Source: Glaucostegus cemiculus (lineage: Eukaryota). Taken from it: DNA of 64,000 nt. The position numbers and the translations under genes are program-made. Shown here in pieces: positions 54,350-64,000 of the stretch. Each line of letters starts with the position of its first letter. Positions within the stretch are counted from its first letter, which is position 1. The notes under the pieces are model-generated. The model did not search any database, was not told the origin of the DNA, and saw nothing but the letters and a program-made list of their open reading frames with translations. The stretch covers positions 372,001 to 436,000 of the forward strand of contig CDPCPM010000274.1 in assembly GCA_976551045.1 (NCBI GenBank), read 5' to 3'.

Positions 54350-54830
54350 CATTTTGGATCCAAATATTACGCATCGACATTACAAATTAAACTAAGGGAA
54401 TAATATCCTTGAGATGTGTTCCTTGAGTAGTACATTGGCTCTCCGGTATGTTATACACTAATTTTCCAGAAAACAATAGACGCAAGATAAAGCGACATTT
54501 ATCAGAAGCAAAGCTGAAAACCAATCGATCTTTTTAATGCTGCATCTTTATGCATTTCCTGTGGAATTAACCCGACATTCCATTTCTTTCTAAACAATTT
54601 TGCCATTGAATCCGTGGAGAACTTCCAGCAACTTCCTATTCGGTTGTCGTTTCCTTTGCAACATCCGTCACTCCATGTTGAGATTGTTTTTCCCTCCGGT
54701 GATCTCACCAGTACGTCCAATGGCAAAACTGACCTGAGGGATGTAATGAATTGTACGTCATCCTCAGCATTACAACTGCCAGCGGTCGCATAGACCCTGT
54801 TCTTTTGAATTATGTTATGCCCAGCTGTAA
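54350..54830 (+). pseudogene. Decayed GPCR, TM3-TM7
   Basis: YAST (TM3), YAFPV (TM5), SVVVSFA..TP (TM6), IDPVL (54790-54804; TM7). Confidence 0.45.
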
Positions 54831-55207
54831 GTACACAGATTCCCTGCATGTCCCGTGCAAAATCGTGCGTGAGGCTTTCGAAATGTCTTGGATGCCCATT
54901 GTCAACCTTTGACTGGCCTTATGCGTAAGGGTAAAAGTACCTCATTTGAATGAAAAGAGGTAAAAATCAAGCATTATCAGCAATATTTTTGTCTTGCAGG
55001 CACAATACACTTCAGGTGTTGGAATCTGGAGCAACAGTCTGCTAGAAGAACTCAGCGGCTCAAGGAGCATCTGTGAGGAGAAAAGGAGAGTGAATGTTTA
55101 CAGATTTCGATCTTAGTAAACTACTGAAGAAAGGTGAATCTATAGCCAAGCAACATACTAGCAAAAGAATTAGAGACATTGGATGTGGTCTCAGTGACTT
55201 GGGAAAG

Positions 55208-55530
55208 GGGCGGCACAGAGATGCAGGTAGTGGATCTGCTGCCTCACAGCTCCAACGACCTGGATCCAATCTAGTCCAATGCTGGCTGTGCAGAGCGTCC
55301 ACGTTCTCACTGTGCCCACGGATCTTTGCCCCAGGTTTCTAGTGCATCCCAAAAACGTGCAGGCTGATAGCTTAACTGGCCGCTTTTAGTGCTTGAGTGA
55401 ATGTTACAATCTGGGGAGGTGATGAAGATTGATGAGAACTTGAGGCGAATACAATGGAATAAATGTGGAATCACTGGAACTAACTGCGTGACGAACGGTG
55501 CTTGGATAGAGGGGTCTGCTTCCGTATTCA
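55208..55530 (+). mobile_element. Degenerate tRNA-derived SINE (HE1-like)
   Basis: gggcggcacag..gctgcctcacagctcca..gacctggatccaatc head followed by a V-domain-like body. Confidence 0.8.
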
Positions 55531-57269
55531 ATAAAAGTACCTGATAAATAGAATAACTAAATTTCTAAATATATTTGTAGGCTAGTAAATAATAAAGAGC
55601 CGCACGAAAGCGCTAACATGCATCAAATTCTGGGTGGGAATTGTGGTCCTGTTAATTGTGACATTGTGTCGAAAAGACTAATTTGACTTCGGAGCAGAGA
55701 CTAAGTCATTAACAGCACATTTAATCGCTGAAGAAAATAGACCCCAAATATCTGGATAAATGAAAGTGTAAAACAGAGTGCACAGATGGGTGTGCGAAAA
55801 GACAGGAGGAAGAGCAGAAAGAAGTATAGAAATAGACAAACTTACGGATAGATAGAAAAATGGAGGTTGGGGAGATAGAGATAGAGATAGAGGGAGAGAT
55901 GGGAGGCAGCACAACGTGATGTAAACATCCAGTAAGCGGTCTGTCTGTGGCGTGAAGGCTTTCTGATCAAATGACTTCTCATTCAACCATTCTTTGAGAA
56001 TATACTAATTAAATATGATTGATAAACATTACCTTTTCTCCTAACTGGTTGACCTGTGGATATTATTTAGAAAATTCAGGGTGAAAATACTTCCGCAATG
56101 TACATAAAGAACATGCATGCGTGATATTTAACGCTGTATGTCTCTTGCTACTATATATTTTAGTACTTGTGAAACCAAAGAAAATTATTTTCTTTTCCAA
56201 TTATCCTAATCTGCTGATAGTTTGAGCAGAGCAGTGTCTTTATTCATTTATCTTTCTGCACGTATATCACTGCAAGCACTCGGATTGAATTTGTTTCTTC
56301 AACTTTTTTCACTTTCTAAAGAATAATCATTTCATTTGAAACAAAGGAGCTGCGTTTTCCATAATGTGACAGAGCAGCATGGGGTAATGTGTCCCTGTAA
56401 ATTGTAAGAAAGTTAACAAGTGGTTGATTAAAACATACACTTTAATAGCCGCGTATTGCGTGATTTCTGGCAATTTCATTTCTGAATCATTAGGAATGGA
56501 TATGATTATAGTGAAGTGCTCGAGGGACACGAGATCCTGCATATCAAATGTCTGCTCCCAAAAAAATTGCCATAACATCCAGGGCGAAGGAGACGCAGCA
56601 AATGGTCAGATGCGGACTCAGGTACCGAACGCTTCCAGTGCCAGGGAATGGCCGAAAGCATTACGCCAACAAGGGTGCCCCTCTGACCCGAAACTTAGTG
56701 CTCATCTGTGGATCTGTGGAATCTGTTCATCTTTCCCGACAAACAGCAGTCTTTACGTAAAATCGCTACACATTCCCAAAGTATTTACTCCATACCTAGC
56801 TGTGTGGCAATAAGACTAACAGTTCATTGCTGCGTAATTACCAGCAGATGGCAAGTGTGTACAGTACAGCCAGAGTTTATCTCTGTTTAGGCGGGTACAA
56901 ACAGGGAAATGTTTGTGTGACGCTCTGAAGAATATCGCTTACGGCGTACCGGACTATTAATCCTCCAACAGAATGTTTTTTTTTGTCTGCAGTAATTAAC
57001 ACTTTGCATGGAGCCTAATTCGCCTTTTCTTTCAGTTATTTGATTCACAATTCTTATCGGTTTCTGTACTATGGACTGGTGAATTAGAAAGAGCATACGA
57101 ATAGCTTTGAAAGTCTGTGAAGAAGCACGTTAGGTAAAATTCATGCTTTGATCCAAAGAGTTGAACAAATGCCAATTTCACAACTTTTCGTTATATTCTC
57201 AGCCCTCTCTCTGGATTTCTTTGAAATCGATTGATATGAATCGAAAAGTGCACAAAGTTGAAATCAGGA

Positions 57270-58310
57270 CTAGTTTAGCACTGGTTCCATGCTGCTAACC
57301 ATTGACTCTTACTTTAGTACTCTTCAAGTTACTTCCTAATAGATATGGACTACGAAAAATAAGTGCAGGGCAGAGCACTCTCTCGGAAGTCATCAGACCA
57401 AACATTTTCATGTTTATTTTGAGCACCCGTTTAAGGATCTACAATTGATTCGCATTTTTACTCTACCATAGCAAGGCAATGAAATAGATACGACGTTAGG
57501 CATTAAGGGATGGAATACACATCTTCGCCCCTGAACTGATCCATAATTTAATAAGTTGATGGGTGATCAGATTGCACTATCAATTCTGCACTCCTGTCTA
57601 TCCACGGTAACTTTTCAACACAGCATCCTTCCCTTTTCCTGTTCGAATGTCCATTCACATATACTGTAGACAAAGTGTTGTTTTCATAGGTTTTGGAATG
57701 ACACCAGATTGTTTTCACTTTTCCACGACTCAGTGATGTTGATGTTTAACGAACGATAGTACCAGTGTCCTGTAAACAGTGCAGGTGAAATATTAAGTGT
57801 GATACATCAATATCTACTACGATACCAAATCGTCTACAAAACTTAATTTTCAGGTGTAAGATACATTTGCTCACCAGTGTCTCCAATTGTTTGTCTCAAG
57901 GTTTCTAATTCTAATCAGAAAAGTGGGAAATAACAATTTAAGTTTCAAGTGGGTTTCAAGTGAAAGTGAGATACTTAAGGATTGTATAACTAATTTGTAA
58001 CAAAAACTAGGAGCTATTTTCAGTCGACCAGATTAATTTACTTGTCAGCGCCATTGACTTGTATTGGATTGCAGACTGCTGGGTAAAAACTCTGTGCAAC
58101 CAAGCGAAGTAAGCTTCAATATATGAATTGGTGTTTCTGCGGTATTTACCATTTGTCTTTTGAGACAGTGCTCTCTCTATTAGAAAGACAAAAAATACCA
58201 GTCAGAAATGAATGCTGACTCCAACATACATTGAAAGAGGTGCAACAATGATTCTATTTTATGTCTTACTTATTACTTAAAAATTCTCTTATTTCCGTGT
58301 TTGGAAGAAA
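57270..58310 (+). pseudogene. Decayed HCAR/P2Y-like GPCR
   Basis: PNIFMF (TM2), VSAVFTICLL (TM6), ILCLTYY (TM7); probable repeat at ~57500-57640. Confidence 0.45.
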
Positions 58311-58575
58311 CCCGTTTTGTAACTGCATTGTTTTCACTACCTGAATTTTACATTTGCTCAATGATTCAACGTAGACCACAATCCTCAAACGGAGTTTGTT
58401 TATGGACCATCAATATCCTCTTCATGGTTAAAGTAATGGAGATAAAATAAAGAAAAATGTTCAATGATTCGAATAGTGCATTTTGCATGAGATTCTTTGT
58501 GGAATTCTAAATTCAACATAATCATGCTATATACCGTGCAATTTTTGTTATTTTACGGGCTGCTGTTCCGAAATG

Positions 58576-59065
58576 TGTCATCATGTTGATTAAAGAGCAA
58601 GCTCACAGAGAACCAAGTGTGGCACGAAGGTACAAGACTGGAGTCAGGATACTTCCTCAGGACTGGACACAGGCAGCAACTGGAAGGAATCTTGCCTCGG
58701 AGATCTGAGTAGTAATCCCAACACAGTCAGGATACTTCCTCAGGACTGGACACAGGCAGCAACTGGAAGGAATCTTGCCTCGGAGATCTGAGTAGTAATC
58801 CCAACACAACCTGAATCTTCAAGCAGGACTAGAGAACGCAGGACTGCTCTAGAGTTGACCACTCTAAGCAGCAAGGAGCCAAAATATACCCGAAGGTTGA
58901 CCAATCCTCTGACCACTAGTGCTAGAGAAACCCAGGTACTTATGCTAGGCTCCTGATGGGGCTCAGGTGTGTGTCATTATGCAATCAGTCCAGCATGGAA
59001 TCCATGTGCAGTACAACGAGGCATCTAAGGAACCAAATCAATGGCCAGTACTCAGAATCATGACA
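58576..59065. mobile_element. Solo LTR (TG...CA) with 5-bp target-site duplication and an internal 83-bp tandem duplication
   Basis: Starts tgtcat and ends atgaca; flanks aaatg/agatg; identical 83-bp units begin at 58642 and 58725. Confidence 0.75.
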
Positions 59066-60433
59066 AGATGGGCCACGGCACAGTCTTTGGACGACCTTAT
59101 TTTTTGAAGGCGTTATTGTGCCATGGTGTAAGGGGGTGAGGGGGGGGGGGGTGGGGGGAGAAACAACTCACAACAATCTGAAGAACATAAACGCTGGTAA
59201 AAATTGCAGAGCACAAACTGTCAGAAGGAAATTGGGATGTGGAATTGGCCGCACATGTCCTTTATAATCCCTTACCTGCTTTGTCTAAATCTGGACAAAA
59301 TAAACGATTCGTTATCAGTCACATTTCAACAAATTGCACGTAACTTAATATTTGAACAACATTTTATCTTCTTGTCTATGAATAGAAATGCACGTGAACT
59401 GACGAAACGTGATGTCTAGAAATGGCTTAGTGCCGTACCAAACTGAAATCTGCCGACTAGGAGTGAAGTCTCATTGCTAGCATCTTCCTCACAATAGGCT
59501 GTTGGCAATCGACTAGCAACTTTTGTGAGGAGTGAAGGAGGTTGAGATTATGGTATATGGAGACCCAAGAGATTACAGATGCGCGAAACCTGGAGCCTTT
59601 TACTTTAAGTGGGAAATGGGAAAATCCCGTGTGGAAGATTCATACATTCAGGCAGAATGGGTAATGTCATTGAATACCCTATTGCTTGCACAAAGATATT
59701 TTATTTAACTGAATGTTTAAAATCCCCTCCAATGCTTGTTCGACTTAACGGACTTGAACAATAATGGACACAGCATTGTCGGAAAGACTTTAGAGCTTAA
59801 CTACAACATTCTTAATAAGTGACAGAACCCCAAATAACATTAAGTAAAGCTTACATTAACCATATGACAGGAAATGATATAAAGGCACAAGTAGCCTTAG
59901 TTTAGGTATAGTTTCATTTTGCTTTCTAAAAATGGTGCCATTTCACGCATTGAAATGTCCTCAAAAAATAAACTGCTTTAAACGCTTAGTTGGTCCTATA
60001 TAATCTGTGAATTTATATTTGTTTAGAACTTCACCTAATGTTGTTCTGAGCATTTACAAACAGTTTGAGGGAGAGTAAACAGATTTCAATTAACTGAATG
60101 AAATACACAACCGGTTGATTTCAGATCTGGAGTAAAACCCCTTTGAAATGCGGATATGCTGATTGAGAACAAATTGAGAACTGTTCGAATAAATTTCAAG
60201 AATAAAACGTTGAGATAAACATTTGAGAAATATGCGGTATGATTGTTTAAGAAAGGTAACAGAGAATGGATTGTGCAATCTACTTACAAGTCAATAGCCG
60301 GAATGACGTTCAAGACAGAAAATTGGCAAGGTCGTGGTTGATTGAACACTCTACTCGGTCCGCTTTGCTTCTATTTATTCGCATATGCTTGCGAATTTGG
60401 AAATAACCCGATGAAAATGCGACTTTAATAACG

Positions 60434-60562
60434 NNNNNNNNNNNNNNNNNNNNNNNNNNNNNNNNNNNNNNNNNNNNNNNNNNNNNNNNNNNNNNNNNNN
60501 NNNNNNNNNNNNNNNNNNNNNNNNNNNNNNNNNNNNNNNNNNNNNNNNNNNNNNNNNNNNNN
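60434..60562. other. Assembly gap (N run)
   Basis: Ns in the sequence. Confidence 1.
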
Positions 60563-61379
60563 TATTCCTTTACCTGTTTGTTTCTGTCTCAATTTTTCTT
60601 CTGTTAATATGAATTGCGAATTGAAATAATCAATCTCTGAAGTATCTCGTGGCAAAATAAATATGAAACACATTATAATATAAGTTGATTTTCCTTTCCG
60701 ATGATTCACTGTTTTGCAAATTAGATACACTCCGAAAACATTTCGTTAACATTGTTTAATTATAAACGATCTACGAAAACTTACCTGTATCCTTAAGATT
60801 TCGAGCGCAGTCGCCAATTCCTGCAAAGTAAAAGGAAAACTACTGAACTCTCATGCATTAAAACATTGTAGCAACCTCAAGTTCTCATTCTTTCTTTTTT
60901 TGCGATGGTTACTGAATTAATCCTCAAATATTCTGCAACTGAAGAAGTAACCTACATGTCGAAAGGGTATTGCGCAGAATTACTTGTCAACTGCTTTGCT
61001 GAACAATGCAGGAGTGATATTTCCGAATGCACACTGACAACGCAACCTGCACTCGATTTATTTAATGTGATTCAATTCCAAACACGAGGGTTTTAAAGAA
61101 ACAGTTGCTTTGTATTCGGAAGGGCAAAGAAAAATTAAGTTAAGTAGGAAAGAATTGTGTCTGCGGTTCATAACAGACGCAATAGAAATACTCAATTCAA
61201 TGCACAATGGTAATTACGATAATATTTCCAGAACTATTATTTTAATGGTGTTGTCTTTTATATTTCTTATGTTTACCTTTTAATTCGTCAGTTTTTTCCT
61301 CTGATGAAAGAAGTAAGTTCAACCAAGTGAGTAATGGGGAAGACGTTGAAACTTTTCCTGAATTTATTCACAAGAGTCG

Positions 61380-62340
61380 TGGAATTGCATTTATTTTCCC
61401 GTATATATGTTTGGTTTCACGACTTCTACTTGAAATTAAACCAATATTGATGACCGATTCCCTGCTGTGAGAACCATTCTATTGTGATAAAATAAGCTCA
61501 ATTAAAATAGGCATTGCTCCCAGCCAAATTTCTCATAACAGTAAAGAACAGTAAAGAACAATTCCCTGTTGTTCAGTGAACGCAATATTTTACGTAATCG
61601 CCGATGTTTTGATTTCATGACCACATTTATTGCCACTAACTCATAGCGATGGCCTTTATCCCACAATTGCAACGATCAAGTACTGTTTCGGTGTTAATAC
61701 CAACGTAGTTTTGCTTGCTAAATGATTCTGTGAACCAGAACGATTACATTTGTTTGCGAAATTATTGTGTGATACTTAACATGATTTGTTTCAAATAAAA
61801 TTTAAAATAATTATGCAAATTCCGACAGATTTCACTCCTGAGCTTTTCCTTAAAAATTGAAAGATTCGGTAGAAATTAATGACGAACTCTGATACTTTGG
61901 TTAAACAAAGAATAAATGCAAATCCACAGTAACTAATGTTTATATTTCTCACATCGGACACAATTGTTGACTTTCAATTGTTGCATCATTAAATGGAGGG
62001 TCAGTGGAAACAGAGGTACCTTGCCAATCACGATGTTAAAATTGCAATCAAAATGGGAAATAAGAGACAATGAGGAATAACTACTCTGAATCACTCCTTA
62101 CAGTGTAGAGTGTAGGTTGAACGTTGCAAATCCACATATTTTGTTGTGAATAGCGAGTGTTTCTGATTCTCCAACACAAACGGAAGCAAAATAACAGCAA
62201 TGAGGAAAATAATGACATTAAAAAGTTTAATCAATAGTATCACGTGGGTTTCCCTCCCAAATATCAATACAAGTTTTTTTAAATATATGGTGTATGTCCT
62301 GACCAAAGTGTTTCCACTTAATGTCTTCACGTGGATGCGG
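61380..62340 (-). pseudogene. Decayed class A GPCR, near full length
   Basis: ORF 62091-62330 LSGNTLV (TM1)..IFLIAVILLPFV (TM2); FLTS*LARYL..P (TM3), LLWICI (TM4), VVKPNIY (TM7). Confidence 0.6.
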
Positions 62341-62739
62341 AATATGCGTATTTTATTATTACAATCTGCATGGAAGATCTCTTACTGGAGATTTCAAAGA
62401 TTTTAAGATAATTGGAAAGAACCATCATGTAATTTCCACTGCTACGCAATTGACAAAGTAGATTAGATTTTAAAATCGTCTTTAAGAAAATGGAAAGTGA
62501 AGTAATTATGGATTCTATTTCAGACATTCAGATATAAAGCTGATTTCCATGGATTTGTAGAACATTCAAGAAGTATATCGAACGAGAAGATCGAACGACA
62601 CCATAACTCAAAAGCCTGAAGAAATTACTAAGATATCGCTGAGATGCCGGAATTAATCATAGATTTTGGTGAGGCTCAACCATGAATGAGACACTCTTCT
62701 TCCAGTTTTCCCTTTCATAAACGGCGTAACCAATGCATT

Positions 62740-63077
62740 TTACCTCAAACAAACCATCCCCTATCCAGCATCTCTCACTTAGAGCGGCGCTTTCGATGTC
62801 AAAGTATCTAACTTCCCGACCTTTTTCCAGTCGTTGGAGTTCAGGGCATTCACGGCTGCGATTGTCCATGTGTGTCCTGACAACCAGGCAACATCTACCC
62901 CACAATCAGAATTTACTATTGTGGGGTAGATGTTGCCTGGGCACCAGTAAATGAATGGTGTTCCACACGGACTTTACAGGAAAAGGTAGAGATGCAATGA
63001 CAAACGTGATGGAAACAACTGGAGAGCATATTTTGCTGTTTGATCACTGGCACAACTGCTGACGCGCACGCGCTGAG

Positions 63078-63108
<31 letters not shown>

Positions 63109-63370
63109 TACGAGTGCTGTACCATCGAAACTTTCAATTTTCTTAAAGATTTTTCTCACTCCTTCAATCACTCGCTGCTCATCCTCCCGGCTACGTCCGA
63201 GTCTCTAACTCCCAAGTCTAACAACTTACCTACACAGTTCCTGGTCCTGGCTCTAGACTCGCACCCAGCCCATGCTGCCTGCCTCTGACTTCCGTAAAAC
63301 GATTTTCCAGTCCCCGAATTCAGCCTCATACTTAACTCATTCTCCTACTTAAAAATAGTGCTGGAATTTA
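62740..63370 (+). pseudogene. Possible decayed GPCR
   Basis: RWSSG (ECL1), CCLI (TM4), FLV...PAH (TM6), FSYL/NSA (TM7). A hairpin replaces part of TM3. Confidence 0.35.
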
Positions 63371-63736
63371 AACAGTAAAGAATACCCCAGCTTAAACCCA
63401 GCTCCATCACGCATAGTTTATTGTGGGCACGTTCCTGTATGTTTGTGTTTTTTTATTATTGTACTGTTACTGATAAATTACAAAAACAATACCTTCACTT
63501 AACTGGCTCAATTAATAACAGTGGGCACGCACACTCGGAGTGATACGTGGAACTCCATAAACAGATCGAGAATTTGACTGAGGTCTTCACGACAGTAAAG
63601 ATAATAACTATTATTGTTGCTCGGAGATTTAGGAAATCTGTTGAAGGAGCTTGAATTACACCTTGATTGGAGAAACAAGCCTCGGAAGAATTCTCTTTCT
63701 CCCGTGTTTATTTTTACCCTCGTGGTATTGTCTAGT

Positions 63737-63740
63737 TCTC

Positions 63741-63781
<41 letters not shown>

Positions 63782-63900
63782 TTATCTATCTATCTATCTA
63801 TCTATCTATTTATCTATCTATCAGAGATAGATAGATAGAGATATCTATCTTTCTCTATCTCCTAGTTGTATATTCTCTCTCTCTCTCTCTCACACACACA
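63737..63900. repeat. Compound (CT)n/(ATCT)n/(GATA)n/(CA)n microsatellite
   Basis: Direct observation. Other microsatellites: (TA)n at 51618-51646 and (CA)n at 63078-63106. Confidence 0.95.
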
Positions 63901-64000
63901 GAAAATTAATCACAAGCACACACGTACATCGATGTATATACGTAAATGTAGGACGTGTCCATATTTTAGCTCTGCACAGAATAAACCCACATTCAATTAT

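Noticed and set aside
54502-54849. Minus-strand 115-aa ORF suggestive of an Ig V (NKp30-like), FN3 or filamin domain
   Set aside because: Canonical residues are lacking, and the + strand gives ordered GPCR TM5-TM7 motifs (IDPVL) that explain the region better.
1-64000. CRISPR arrays, rRNA, true tRNA genes, V(D)J recombination signal arrays
   Set aside because: None seen by eye; the tRNA-like boxes belong to SINE heads.

Overview
AT-rich vertebrate DNA, most likely an elasmobranch (ray/shark) given an HE1/V-type tRNA-derived SINE, many CR1 LINEs and a Rex1/Babar fragment. There is no intact host protein-coding gene, and the long ORFs with recognisable products are CR1 reverse transcriptase. 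Manual three-frame reading of both strands shows that much of the non-repeat DNA consists of heavily decayed, intronless class A (rhodopsin-family) GPCR coding sequences. About 40 remnants of 0.3-1.1 kb are packed nearly end to end on both strands. Each is recognised by ordered TM motifs (TM1 GN, TM2 LAxxD...LP, ECL1 WxFG...C, TM3 DRY-like, TM5 FxxP, TM6 CW/CFxP, TM7 NS/DP/NPxxY) across stops and frameshifts. They resemble several subfamilies (P2Y/LPAR/PAR/GPR183/HCAR-like and chemokine/chemoattractant/peptide-like). The background DNA is also not CpG-depleted. All GPCR calls were made by eye on very divergent sequence, so boundaries are approximate and subfamily labels are tentative.
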